A stretch of 64,000 nucleotides of DNA from an uncultured Thermoplasmata archaeon (lineage in GTDB: Archaea; Thermoplasmatota; Thermoplasmata; Lutacidiplasmatales; UBA184). The DNA is taken from NCBI GenBank assembly GCA_963749205.1, contig CAVVLW010000010.1, positions 4,531-68,530 on the forward strand, given 5' to 3'. Below, in pieces: positions 39,085-49,292 of this stretch. The notes beneath the pieces are model-generated. The model had not been told where the DNA came from. It worked only from the letters and a program-made list of their open reading frames with translations, and searched no databases. The position numbers were made by a program, and so were the translations under genes. Position 1 is the first letter of the stretch. Each line of letters begins with the position of its first letter.

Positions 39085-40000
39085 CGATCGACCGCCCCAC
39101 CGCGCTCAGGAACGCCTCTTCGAGGGTCACCGGTCCGACCGTGGCCGTCATCTCGGAACGCTCGACGAGCTCCATCACCTCCCCGAGGGTGCTCGGGGAG
39201 ACGATGACCGTGAGCGACGGTCCGTCCGTCACGCAGGTGCCGAACGAGCGGAACAGCTCGGCCTGGGAGGCGCCCCCGGGGATCAGCACCTTCAGCGTGC
39301 CGCCCACCGAGCGCTTCAGCTCGTCCGAGGTTCCCTGGAGCAGCACCGCCCCGCGTTCGATGATGTAGAGGCGGTTGCTCAGGACCTCGGCCTCGTCCAG
39401 GTAGTGGGTGGTGAGCAGGATCGTCGACCCCTTCTGGGTCAAGGTGCGGAGGGAGTCCCAGACCTCGCGCCGGGCGAACGGGTCCATGCCGATCGTCGGT
39501 TCGTCCAGGAAGAGAAGCGGCGCTTCGGTCGCGATCACGGTGGCGACCATCGTCCGCTGGCGCTGTCCGCCCGAGAGGGTGACCGAGAGCCGGTCCGCGA
39601 AGTCGGTCAGTCCCATTCGGTCAAGGGCCCCCTCGGTCCGCGACTTCGCGGTCTCCCGGCCGAATCCACGGGCCCGGAGATACGTGTAGATCTGCTCCCG
39701 CGGTGTCAGGTGGAAGAACGGCTTCCCTTCCTGAGGAACGACGGCGATGTAGGGGCGGGCCTTCTCCGGGGAACGGGTGATGTCGAACCCGAAGACCTCG
39801 ACACTGCCCGAGGTCGGACGCAGCAACGTCGACGCGATCTTGAGGAACGTCGTCTTGCCCGCGCCGTTGCGACCGAGCAGGGCGACGCGCTCCCCCCGGC
39901 GCACCTCCATCGAGACGCCCGTCAGGGCCTCGACCGGGGGAGCGCCCCGGGAGTTGTAGGTCTTGCGGAGGTCGACGCTCCGCAGGGCTTCTCCGCTCAT
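39074..40000 (-). CDS. ABC transporter ATP-binding protein (ABC-2/daunorubicin-type)
   Basis: Track ORF 39074..40000 is intact. It has GRNGAGKTT, LSGGQRQR and LLFLDEPT. Confidence 0.9.
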   Translation of the reverse strand: MSGEALRSVDLRKTYNSRGAPPVEALTGVSMEVRRGERVALLGRNGAGKTTFLKIASTLLRPTSGSVEVFGFDITRSPEKARPYIAVVPQEGKPFFHLTPREQIYTYLRARGFGRETAKSRTEGALDRMGLTDFADRLSVTLSGGQRQRTMVATVIATEAPLLFLDEPTIGMDPFARREVWDSLRTLTQKGSTILLTTHYLDEAEVLSNRLYIIERGAVLLQGTSDELKRSVGGTLKVLIPGGASQAELFRSFGTCVTDGPSLTVIVSPSTLGEVMELVERSEMTATVGPVTLEEAFLSAVGRSIDED

Positions 40001-40141
40001 GGGACGCGGCCCACTTCAGGACGGTACTTAACCACGGACGGAGCGAGGAACGCTCGGGCGACACCCGTCGAAGGAATGACGCGGTCGCGCTCGGGCGACC
40101 CGCCGGAGTCGGCAGGCGGGGCTTCGTCGGAATCCCGTCCG

Positions 40142-40539
40142 TCTAGTGGCTTCCGCAGCCGCAGCCGCCGCCGTTGTCGGCGTTGCTGCCGCAGGAGGTG
40201 CATCCGCCGGCCATGCCCGGCCGCATCGGGCTCGGGGAGCGTGGGGTTCGTGATCTTGAAACCGGACTGGCTCAGGTCTTCGACGTAGTCGATGACCGCC
40301 CCATCCACGAACTTCGTGCTCGTCGGGTCGATCAAGACGGCAACGCCGTCAACCCGAAGTACCTCGTCGTCGGCGCGCGGCTTGGCGAACGCGAGGCCGA
40401 ACTGCACGGCGCTCCCGCCGCCGCAACACCCTCCGCCGCCCGGCTGGGCGTAGACTCGAACTCCGATGTCGGGCTTCTGGCCCCGAATGAGTGTTTTTAC
40501 CTGCTCGATGGCCGCGGGACGAATCTCGACATGAATCAT
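40142..40539 (-). CDS. IscA/HesB-family Fe-S cluster insertion protein; one frame change near 40195
   Basis: Track ORF 39997..40539 has GGGGCCGGGSAVQFGLAF and GFKITNP. After the shift the reading is CTSCGSNADNGGGCGCGSH, ending at TAG 40144..40142. The rest of the track ORF is read-through. Confidence 0.8.
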
Positions 40540-40757
40540 GGACGATCCTCGGAGGAAGAACCCAGTTAGAGCCCTTAAGCTCTCTGCCGCTCCCGCAGCT
40601 ACACCAGTTGCTTCCTAGCCCCTCCGCCCTATCGGAATGCGAAAGTAGCGCACGGTGATACAACCACGACCGGACGTCGTTCCGGGGACCGACGCCCGAC
40701 CCGACTCACCGAGGGGCGGCGTGGGACGCGGAAGCACTCGGGCCGCGGGTTCCAAGC

Positions 40758-42506
40758 CTATGGGGAAGAAGGCTTGTCCTCGTCTTCAGGCTCCTCGGGA
40801 AGCGGAGAACCGATCCCGGGAAGTTCGGTGGTGCCCGTGAACGTCTCGGGGAGCTCCGTCTGACGCAGTCCCGGGGCGGTCTTGAGGTCGACCGGTGGAA
40901 GGCCGGGAGACGACGCTCGCCAGCAGAGCCGCTCGAGCGCATCGCACACTCGGGAGGGTAGACCGACGGACCGACCGATCCGTCGCACGTCCTGTTTCGA
41001 GAGTTCGCCGACGAGTGCCAGGACGACAAAGTAGACCGCGAAGCAGAGGAGCACCACTCCCAGCAGTTGGTACCAGGTGTTGACGGGAAGGTAGCGGTTG
41101 AGGCGAGAGATCGCGCCGAACGCGAGACCGGCGCTGAAAGTGATCCCGAGAATCGACCACGGCTGGATCCGAACCCGGATCAGCGTCTCCGTGAAGTAGG
41201 TGTTCAAGCCCAGGGCGGCGATGGAGGAGAGGAGTACCGCGACCGACGCGGCGACCAGGCCGTCGCTCGCCGGGAAAAAGCCAAACGGTGGCAACAGCAG
41301 GAAGATCGCCACGAGGAGCACCGCGACCTGGGTGCTGGTCAGGTACAGTTCCAGCCGCTGACGACCGATGGCGTTGAGGCTCGATTGCATGATCTGGCTC
41401 AACGCGAGCGGGATGGCCCCGACCACGAGGATCGCGAGCGGGAGCGCCCCGGCGGTGGCGTAGGCCCGGTTCGCGAAGATGTTGAGGAAGTTGGTCCGAT
41501 AGGTGACGAGGGCGACCACCCCGGGAAGCAACAGGATCGAGGTGTACCGTAACGCCTGCCACGTCCCTTCGCGGACCGCTTCGTACCGCTCCTGTCGATG
41601 AAGTCCTGCGATGTATGGGAAAAGAGGAGTGGTCACCGCCGCCGGGAGCGAGAGGACGAGGATCCGGAACCCGTTCGAGGCGAGAAAGATCGAGAGGTTC
41701 TGGGCCCCGAGCTGGGCGTTGACGAACAGCGGGATCATGTTGGTGACGAGATAGTTCAACATCAGGCTCCCCATCAGCGGCCAGGCGAATCGGAACATCA
41801 GGAGGGCCTCGAACTTCCGGAAGTGACGCATGCGTCGGATTACCGCCGGGGCGGCGTAGAGGGTGGACGCCGTCGCACCGACCACGTAGGCGAGGGTGAG
41901 CCCCAGGATCGTGTGGTCGTAGTACGCCACGAAGATCAGGACCGGGAGACGCGCGAGCGCCTCCACGAGGCCGGGGAACTGGGCCTTGAGCGAGTTGCCT
42001 TCCCCGATGAATAGCTGGTTGTAGACGGTCGAGAACGACCACAACAGCGGCAGCGCGACGAAGATCCCTACTGCGGTCAGCTCGACTTTCCCTGAGGCGA
42101 TCTGGGAGCCGCCGATCGAGAGCGGCGCGATGATGAAGATGACGAGGCCGGCGAGGCCGACCATCATCATCCGCACCACGAGGTAGACCGTCGTCATGTC
42201 GGTCGCCGGCTTTCCCCGGGCGAGGAAGTAGGTGTACGCGGTCCCGAGCCGGAGGTCTCCGATGCCGTTGATCGACGAACCGATCAGGAGGAAGAACTGG
42301 ACCGTGCCGAGCAGGACCCGGCCGTCGGCGGAGATGCCGATCTGCTTGTAGAGGAACAGGCTCGCGATGAAACCAATCAGCTGGGTCGCAACCGACGCGG
42401 CGAAGACCGCCCCCGAGCTAAGGGTGAGCGACATCGCCTGCTGGGGGACCGCGGGCGCCGCGGGCGTCGGAGGCGGCGCGCCCGGGGCAGAACTAGACCG
42501 ATCCAA
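40758..42506 (-). CDS. MOP-superfamily (Wzx-like) oligosaccharide flippase
   Basis: Track ORF 40758..42506 is intact with about 14 hydrophobic helices. An alternative start is ATG at 42434. Confidence 0.8.
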   Translation of the reverse strand: MDRSSSAPGAPPPTPAAPAVPQQAMSLTLSSGAVFAASVATQLIGFIASLFLYKQIGISADGRVLLGTVQFFLLIGSSINGIGDLRLGTAYTYFLARGKPATDMTTVYLVVRMMMVGLAGLVIFIIAPLSIGGSQIASGKVELTAVGIFVALPLLWSFSTVYNQLFIGEGNSLKAQFPGLVEALARLPVLIFVAYYDHTILGLTLAYVVGATASTLYAAPAVIRRMRHFRKFEALLMFRFAWPLMGSLMLNYLVTNMIPLFVNAQLGAQNLSIFLASNGFRILVLSLPAAVTTPLFPYIAGLHRQERYEAVREGTWQALRYTSILLLPGVVALVTYRTNFLNIFANRAYATAGALPLAILVVGAIPLALSQIMQSSLNAIGRQRLELYLTSTQVAVLLVAIFLLLPPFGFFPASDGLVAASVAVLLSSIAALGLNTYFTETLIRVRIQPWSILGITFSAGLAFGAISRLNRYLPVNTWYQLLGVVLLCFAVYFVVLALVGELSKQDVRRIGRSVGLPSRVCDALERLCWRASSPGLPPVDLKTAPGLRQTELPETFTGTTELPGIGSPLPEEPEDEDKPSSP

Positions 42507-42573
42507 GGTCGACCGCGCTACCGAGGCGGACCGTCGCTCTTATGCCTGCGGGTCCACGCCGGTAGCGGAGACG

Positions 42574-43011
42574 CTAACCGCCTTCGCGGGAGGTCGGCGG
42601 AACCTCTTCGGTCCGCCGTTCGTACAGCTCGACCCAGACTCCGTCGGGGTCGGTGAGGAAGGCGAGGAGCTCGTCTCCTTCGGTGAAGGGAGGAATCCGG
42701 ACACGCCCTCCGAGCGCCTCGAGCCGGGCGACCGCGGTCGGGAGGTCATCAACCCGGAAACCGAGGTGGTCCAGTTCGTCTCCTTCGCGATACGGCGGCT
42801 CGCCCGGGTAGAAGTTCAGCTCGAGAATCCCCCCGGACTCCGCGTCGCGGAGCTCCTGCCAGAGCCCCCCCGCGGCCATCCGCCCCTTGGGGCCCAGGCG
42901 GAGGCCAAGGCCCTCGGTATAGAAGCGGATCGAGCGGGCGAGGTCGCGAACCCGAATCCCGGTGTACTCGAGCACGCGGGGGTTTCGCCACTCGTCTATT
43001 TGAGCCGGCAC
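42574..43011 (-). CDS. VOC-family (glyoxalase I-like) protein
   Basis: Track ORF 42574..43011 is intact. It has HTGIRV-like and LDHLGFRV motifs and ends with DPDGVWVELYE. Confidence 0.8.
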   Translation of the reverse strand: MPAQIDEWRNPRVLEYTGIRVRDLARSIRFYTEGLGLRLGPKGRMAAGGLWQELRDAESGGILELNFYPGEPPYREGDELDHLGFRVDDLPTAVARLEALGGRVRIPPFTEGDELLAFLTDPDGVWVELYERRTEEVPPTSREGG

Positions 43012-43136
43012 CCCGCGGTTTCAGGCGGGTTCCCCACGGGAGGGCGGAGGTTCTTAGGGAAAACGTCCTGACCCTACCCCGGGATCGGACGTGAGCTCGA
43101 CGCCGGCGCCTAGCCGGGGGCCGATATCGGTCGGTC

Positions 43137-44468
43137 TTGGGCAACCGGCAGTTCCTGATCTTCCTCGGCTCGTCCAACGCCGCGACCGTGGGCTACGCGG
43201 TATACTCGGTCTCGATCGTCTGGCTCGCCTACACGGTCTCGCACAATTTCCTGGTCGTCGGCGCGGTCATCTTCATCGAGTACGCGTGCTACACCGCGAC
43301 CTTCCTCATCGGGCCGTTCGTAGACCGCGTCCGGAACCAACGGACGATCTTCGTCGTGTCGTATCCGATCCAGGCGGCCGCGGCCGCCGCGATCGGGTTC
43401 GGAGTGCTCGACGGGTTCCTCTCGGTCGGTCTCCTGTTCGCGCTCGTGACCGTCCTCTCGATCCTTTGGGACATGACCTGGGCCGCGATTAATGCCGCAC
43501 CGGGGGATCTGCTCGCCCCAGACGAGCAGTTCGCCGCTTCCGGGGTCTCGGGAGCGGTGGGCGGCGTCCTCACGATCGCGGGCTACGCGGTCGGCGGGAC
43601 GCTCATCCGTACTCGTCGGGCCCGAGGGCGGGATGTTCCTCTACGCCGCACTGCTCGTCGCTGGCCGCGGTGATCGCAATCCCGCTCACGATCACCCCGC
43701 CGCCGGGACCCGAGACGTCGTTCTCCGAGAGCTTCTGGGAAGGCTGGAGGCTCGTGGTCGGTGGAGCAGGACGTCCGTTGCTCCAACTGGCAACGGTCGA
43801 TTCGGTGGAGGGATTTTTCGCCTCGGCCGCTCCGATCCTGATCACCCTGCTCGCGACCGCGACTTATCATCAATCCGCGAACGGGGTACGGGGTGCTGTT
43901 CACGGCGTTCGTGGTCGGGGGGGTCGGGGCCGGGCTGGCCCTCGGTCATTGGAACCCTCGGGCGAGGGTCGGAATCGTCATGGGTGCCGCGCTCGGTGCG
44001 ACCGGTGCCGCCTACATCATCGCCGTCGGACTACCGTCCCTATTGTGGCTGGGGGTGATTGCGTGGTTCGGGATCGGGTTCGCTTCCGCGGCCTACCTCG
44101 ACGCCAAGTACACGTTCTTCCGCGGAGCCGTCGCGCCGGAGAAGATCGGCCGACTCGTTTCGAACATGTACCTCTTCCCCGGGATCACGAGCTCGATCGG
44201 TGCCCTCGTGATCAGCGCAGTTGCGGTCACTGGGGAATCGGTCCATCTGGGCGTTGCGGTGGGAGGGGGACTCATCGCGGCGGGAGTTCTCGGCCTGGCC
44301 CTTCCGCGGGTCCGACGGACGGCCCTACTGACCGACGAACTCGGCCAACGGTATGGTATTCATGAAGGAAGCTCTCCGCCCCACAGACCTGAGGGAACGG
44401 CCGCTCACGCACGATCAGTTCGTCCGCCGGTGGATGCGCCCCGGTGCTTGCGGGGGGGTTCGCCTTAG
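43137..44468 (+). CDS. MFS transporter; at least two frame changes between 43600 and 43900
   Basis: The helices are distributed over track ORFs 43137..43673, 43670..44365 (IAIPLTITPP...ILITLLATA) and 43893..44468. Confidence 0.7.
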
Positions 44469-44917
44469 ACGACTCCGGTGGTGACGTTCACCCAGACCGT
44501 CGTCGTGCTCGGGAAATAGCAGGGGAGCCCGCAGGTGTAGGTGCCGCCGAGGAAACCGACCTGATAGGCTCCGCCCCACGTCCAGAACGCGATGCTGCTG
44601 CCCGATGGGTCAACGACCCCCGAGGCGTTTCCGGCCATGATCCCGGGACCTCGTATCCAGTAATTGACCGACAGAGCATCTCGCTCCTCGAGGTGGACAG
44701 TCACCTCGGTCGGAGACGCGATCGAGAAGGAGAGCGTGTACCCGGAAGCTTGGAACGGAAAGCCGGTGGGCGGTCGTCCACAGCGGGACAAACATCAGCA
44801 GCAGGAAAATCAGGGAGGCCGCGAGAACCGCGATGGCGGCGGTGACAGCCCGGCGGCGCCCGTCGTCGGCGCTCCTCGGCTTCTCGGGGGGGAGGTCCGC
44901 TCATCATGCCCCGCCTC
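44465..44917 (-). CDS. hypothetical membrane-anchored protein; two frame changes
   Basis: Track ORF 44465..44791 is protein-like (YTLSFSIASPTEVTVHLEE...FWTWGGAYQVGFLGGTYTCGLPCYF). An upstream ATG at 44917 and a TM helix (VTAAIAVLAASLIFLLLMFVPL) lie in other frames. Confidence 0.45.
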
Positions 44918-45071
44918 CCGGGTGGTCGCAGCCACGGTTCCAAAGCCGGCGGCTTTACAGGTACTCCGACGCCCGCCTCCACCGAGTTCGCTCTTGGCGC
45001 CCGGCCGTTTGAGTCGCGCCCGTTCTGAAGGCGTGACGGGTTCTCGTTCCGGAAAATCAGTGGGGCAAGAA

Positions 45072-46562
45072 GGGTGCAATGATGCTTCATGTGTTATCGC
45101 TTAAGCCCAGTATTCCGCTCGGAACCGGGTCCGTCCAGCGTTCGGGTCGATCGCGCGAGCCATCAGAGCTCGAGCGATCTCCAGGAGAGGTTCGGGCGCG
45201 ATTCGTTTCCGATGTAACCGGTCGATCAACGTGTCGAGGATCCGCCCCGACTGCTCTCGGAATGCCCTCGCCCAGCGGATCGGGGTGTAGCGCGCCCGAT
45301 ACTCCTCTTTGATCCGTTCCCGCACCGCCGTGTGCAGCCGACGGCTCACCACCATCGTCAGGATCGACGCCCAGATGAGCGACTCTGCCACGTACCGATT
45401 CGACGTGTTCACCCGGTCGAGCGCATACTCGCTCTTCAACTCCTTGAACACCAGCTCGACCTCCCATCGGCATCCATAGAGTGAGGCGACCTCCTCGGCA
45501 CTCAACACGTCGACGGGGAGGTTCGTCAGGTAGACGTGGTACTTCCGCGTCTCCTCGTTCCACACGGCTACCAGTCGAGCGGTGAGGGTATCGCGCGACT
45601 GGTGACCGCCATACTTCCGCCGATCGAAGTCGATCGCCACTTCGGTGTCGAGAATCTCTCGGCGGAGGTGGGGTTCCACCTCTCTCCATCGCTTTCCGTC
45701 GAGGTCGATGGCCGGACCTCGATGGACGAGGTGGGATCGGACCAATCGAGGGTTCACCTGGGGGGCCAAGCGCGTGACGAAGAAGCCCCCATTCTCGGCG
45801 ATGCGAGCGAACGCCTGGTGCTTGTAGAACCCGAGGTCGGTGAGGAGAATGGAATTCCTCACCCACGGACCCACCTTCAGCGTGTCCCGATCGTTGGTGC
45901 TCTCGGCGTAGAGCTCCACCCGTTTCGGTCCGTTCGCTCGCACACTCACGAGCGTGGCGACCTTCACCCCAGCGGCGGGGTGGTTCGCTCGCGCTGGGGG
46001 GTAGAGGGTGGCGAGAGAGGCATACAGTCGAACGATCGTGGAGTCTTGGATGAGGAGATCCTCGAAGCGGGCGAGCTTCGGGCTGAGGCGGTGGCCGGGA
46101 GCACTCTTCAGTTGGGAGAGGCCGTAGGCGACACACTGGTGGAGGAACTCGACCAGTTCGGGAGTGAAGCGGTCGTAGAAGCTCGCGTAGCTGTAGAGGG
46201 GCTTGGGGGCCTTGTGGTTGTAGACGAAACGGAGCTGCTCGAGGGAGCGCTGGAGGTAGACACCGGCCTCGAGGGTGACGGCCCAGAAGAAGGCGACGGG
46301 GTCGACCTTGCGGTGGCGACGGACGAAGCCGGTTCCTCGGCGATCCGCTGGAGGACGTCGGAGGGGAACAGTTCGAGGAGGGTGTCTTGGAGGAGGGTGG
46401 CCGGCGGTCCGCGAGCGGTGCGGGGTGCGCGATCGGAGGTGCGACGTATCCGGGAGCGTTGGTGGGCTGGCTGATGAACTTGATGTCTTCGAATGGAAGG
46501 GGGTAGGGGGATGGAGGGGTCTGGGGGGCTTATCCGATAACGAATGAATGATGCTTACACCC
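45072..46562 (-). mobile_element. IS4-family element (~1.49 kb), degraded or frame-shifted copy, with imperfect ~35-bp terminal inverted repeats
   Basis: The ends are GGGTGCAATGATGCTTCATGTGTTATCGCTTAAGC (45072...) and the reverse complement of 46528-46562, GGGTGTAAGCATCATTCATTCGTTATCGGATAAGC. By hand alignment 25 of 35 positions match. I found no target duplication. Confidence 0.65.
45101..46480 (-). pseudogene. IS4-family DDE transposase; at least two frame changes in the N-terminal third and no identifiable start codon
   Basis: Track ORF 45101..45967 has LLTDLGFY, YGCRWEVELVFKELK and RWARAF. The same frame continues upstream (VDPVAFFWAVTLEAG...SFYDRFTPELVEF...LIQDSTIVRLY). The LLELFPSDVLQRIAEE segment is in another frame, with the shift at 46333-46336. 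Confidence 0.75.
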
Positions 46563-46863
46563 AGCCACCCTCGAGCTGCAAATATCCCAAGGTCGGCGCG
46601 ACAAACTACCGGCGCGGGTACGAAGAAGGAGCGGGGTCAGTCGTTGGGTTAGAAATAGCAAACGGCGACGTTAGACGCTGCGCTTCCCGGGTGTCAAATC
46701 GGTGGAATACTTCGGAGGGGATCGCCCATGCACCGCGCTGTGGTTGTCGACTGGCGCCAAAGCGCGTTCGCAATGGGCTTCGGATGCGGGATCCTTGAAG
46801 GAGGAACCGCGTTCCCCCGTGGAGGGGGCATCAGGGTGGTGGCAGACCCGCGGAGATGGGAAG

Positions 46864-47026
46864 TGGGAGCAGGGGGATTTGAACCCCCATATGCGGGTCT
46901 CTCCGCGCGCTCCAGTCAATCGTCACGGGAACGCGAAACGCGTTCCTCCGCAGACCCTATTCACAGGGCACGGTTCGCCGCGCCCTGACTGGAGCCCGCT
47001 GGTCTGCCAAGTTAGCCTATGCTCCC
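46864..47026 (-). tRNA. tRNA-Trp (anticodon CCA) with a 90-nt intron at the canonical 37/38 position
   Basis: Folded by hand. The acceptor stem is GGGAGCA/TGCTCCC. The anticodon stem is GCGGG/CCCGC with CTCCAG before the intron. The T arm is GGGGG-TTCAAAT-CCCCC. Exon 1 is 47026..46989, the intron is 46988..46899 and exon 2 is 46898..46864. The CUCC/GGAG helix plus a 3-nt AG|A bulge gives a bulge-helix-bulge-like 3' splice site. There is one C:A mismatch in the D stem. Confidence 0.85.
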
Positions 47027-47050
47027 TCCGAAGGAGGGTCAGACTCTCAA

Positions 47051-47062
47051 GAGATATCCTTT
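47051..47062 (-). promoter_or_regulatory. candidate TATA box for tRNA-Trp
   Basis: The minus strand reads AAAGGATATCTC, centred about 30 nt upstream of the tRNA 5' end. Confidence 0.4.
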
Positions 47063-47155
47063 GTCGTGCCGACGTGAGCGCCCCGGCCGTTCCGTGGCCG
47101 ACCCGCGGAGTCGGCGACGCAACCCTTATGTGAAAGCGTGTTTGCCTGAAATCCA

Positions 47156-48187
47156 ATGTCCTTGAATAACGGTTTGCCGGTCTCGGCCCCGCGCCCCCGA
47201 ACCGTTTCCCTGGCGCTCTTCGCGGTCGCGCTCCTGGTCGTGGCGGGGGTCGCGGTCGCCGCTACGGCCATCGTCTACTCGAGTCCGGGCTCCGGCAGCG
47301 GTGGCCCCCTAACAGTCACCGACGACCTTGGACGGACCGTCTCGATCCCCCGGGACCCGGGACGCATCGCCGTGCTCTCTCCGAGCATCATGGACCCCGT
47401 CTACCGCCTGGGACTGCGATCGCACGTCGTCGGGGTCGACTGCTACGCAGCCGCCTTCGGCGGGCTCTCCGCGGATTACTCACCCGACCAGATAGCCCTC
47501 TGGAACCTTTCGGCGTCCCAGTGCATCCAGATCGCTCCGACGCTGAACGTCGAAGCGCTCCTCAACGATTCCCCCGAGCTCGTGCTCGCATCCACAATCG
47601 TCTCGGTCGCCGCCGTGGAGGAGATCAGCGTGACCTACCACATTCCGGTCGTGATGCTCCAGCCCCCGACGCTGAGTGGGATCGAGATCGACGTCTCGCT
47701 CCTCGGGACGATCTTCGGTGTCGAGGCGGCGGCTGCACATTTGAACGCGCAGCTGCAGGACGGACTCGCCGCCGCGGCGGCGGTCCAGGCAAACCTCACG
47801 GACCTCGGCACGCCGTTCCCCACCGCGCTCGTGACCTACTCGACCGACGAGAACGGCTACTGGACGTTCGGACCCGGGACGTTCGGGGAGTCTCTTATCG
47901 AGCTCGCGAGCGCCACGAGCATCTCCGCCAATTCCACCTTCCCCTACCCTGAGCTCTCGGGAGAGACCGTCCTCGTCAGCGATCCGACCTACCTCGTCTA
48001 CGGGACCGGCTTCGGCCTCAACGAGAGTTCCTATGCGAGCGCCCCATTCTGGTCAGAGTTGTCGGCGACGCAAAACGGAAATGCGATCGGCATCGACTCG
48101 AACTACCTCACGGAACCCGACCCGACGATGATCTTGGAGGGCCTCCCCCAGTTCGTGGCGCTCTTCCACCCCGGGGTCACGGGCTAG
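47156..48187 (+). CDS. ABC importer substrate-binding protein (FecB/BtuF-type, iron-chelate or cobalamin)
   Basis: Track ORF 47156..48187 is intact. It has a signal/anchor helix and RIAVLSPSIMD..., which is typical of cluster A binding proteins. Confidence 0.8.
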   Translation: MSLNNGLPVSAPRPRTVSLALFAVALLVVAGVAVAATAIVYSSPGSGSGGPLTVTDDLGRTVSIPRDPGRIAVLSPSIMDPVYRLGLRSHVVGVDCYAAAFGGLSADYSPDQIALWNLSASQCIQIAPTLNVEALLNDSPELVLASTIVSVAAVEEISVTYHIPVVMLQPPTLSGIEIDVSLLGTIFGVEAAAAHLNAQLQDGLAAAAAVQANLTDLGTPFPTALVTYSTDENGYWTFGPGTFGESLIELASATSISANSTFPYPELSGETVLVSDPTYLVYGTGFGLNESSYASAPFWSELSATQNGNAIGIDSNYLTEPDPTMILEGLPQFVALFHPGVTG

Positions 48188-48191
48188 ACCC

Positions 48192-49292
48192 GTGGCCTTC
48201 CCCGGAGCGACCGCGGCCGCCCCGGCGGCCGGACCGCCGACCCCTCGGCCCCGATGGCGAAGAGCCTGGCTCGCGTTCTTTCTTGCCGGGGCCGCACTCG
48301 TCCTCCTTTTTTCCCCACTTATCGGGTCCGTCCCGATCCCTCCCTCCCGCGTCCTGGAGATCGTCTTCTCCGGTGGGGGAGCGCTCTTCAACCCGTGTGC
48401 GGGTGCCGCGAGCGTCTGTTCCGCCTACGTCGAGATCGTCTGGCAGGAACGGCTCCCCGAGATCCTTCTCGCCGTTCTCGCCGGGGCGGCGTTGGGCATC
48501 TCGGGGGGCGCGCTCCAGGGGATCTTCCGGAACCCGCTCGCGGACCCGTTCCTCCTTGGCATCTCCACCGGAGGAACGCTGGGCGCCTCGCTCGTGTTCG
48601 TGTTCAACGTCGGGGAGAGTGAAGCCAATCTCGCCCTCCCCTTGCTCGCGTTCGTCGGCTCCCTCGCGACCGGACTCGCGATCCTCGCGGCCGCCCGGGG
48701 GCGGTACGGGTCGGTCGAGACCTTGCTGCTCACCGGAGTGGCACTCAACGCGTTCCTCTCGTCCATCCTGACCGTCATCCTCCTCTACAATCCCGTCGCG
48801 AGCCTGCAGGTCGACTTCTGGCTGCTCGGCGGACTCGGCGGCGCCAGCTGGTTGCGGGACGGGATCGCGTTCGGCGCCATCTTGGCGGCCGGTACCGTGA
48901 TCGCAATCCACGGACGCGAATTGAACCTCCTCCAGCTCGGGAATGACGTCGCTCAGAGCGCCGGCGTCGATGCCCGCGCCGTGCGGAACCGTCTCCTCTT
49001 GCTGACGTCGGTCACCACGGCCGTCGCGGTCGCCTTCACGGGGATCATCGGGTTCGTCGGGCTCGTCTCCCCCCACGTCGTACGTCGTATCGCAGGGAGC
49101 GACTACCGGATCGTCCTGCCCGGAGCGGCGGTGGCGGGGGCTGCGTTCCTCCTCGCGGCGCGGGACCTTTCCCTCCTCGCGTTTCCCGCAAGTATCCTGC
49201 CCATCGGAATCTTTACTTCGTTCGCCGGCGCTCCGTTCTTCCTGTATCTGCTCTACCGGCGGCGCCGCGTGAGCACGATGGGGGGCCCGTGA
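48192..49292 (+). CDS. FecCD/BtuC-family ABC importer permease
   Basis: Track ORF 48192..49292 is intact. It has GAALGISGGALQGIFRNPLADPFLLGIS and GIIGFVGLVSPHVVR. Confidence 0.9.
   Translation: MAFPGATAAAPAAGPPTPRPRWRRAWLAFFLAGAALVLLFSPLIGSVPIPPSRVLEIVFSGGGALFNPCAGAASVCSAYVEIVWQERLPEILLAVLAGAALGISGGALQGIFRNPLADPFLLGISTGGTLGASLVFVFNVGESEANLALPLLAFVGSLATGLAILAAARGRYGSVETLLLTGVALNAFLSSILTVILLYNPVASLQVDFWLLGGLGGASWLRDGIAFGAILAAGTVIAIHGRELNLLQLGNDVAQSAGVDARAVRNRLLLLTSVTTAVAVAFTGIIGFVGLVSPHVVRRIAGSDYRIVLPGAAVAGAAFLLAARDLSLLAFPASILPIGIFTSFAGAPFFLYLLYRRRRVSTMGGP

Noticed and set aside
39997-40141. The 3' extension of the IscA ORF (180 aa in the track), which overlaps the ABC ATPase start.
   Set aside because: After a 1-nt shift near 40195 the protein ends with the family-typical CGCGSH-stop at 40142. 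The extension (RRMHLLRQQRRQRRRLRLRK...) is read-through in the wrong frame.
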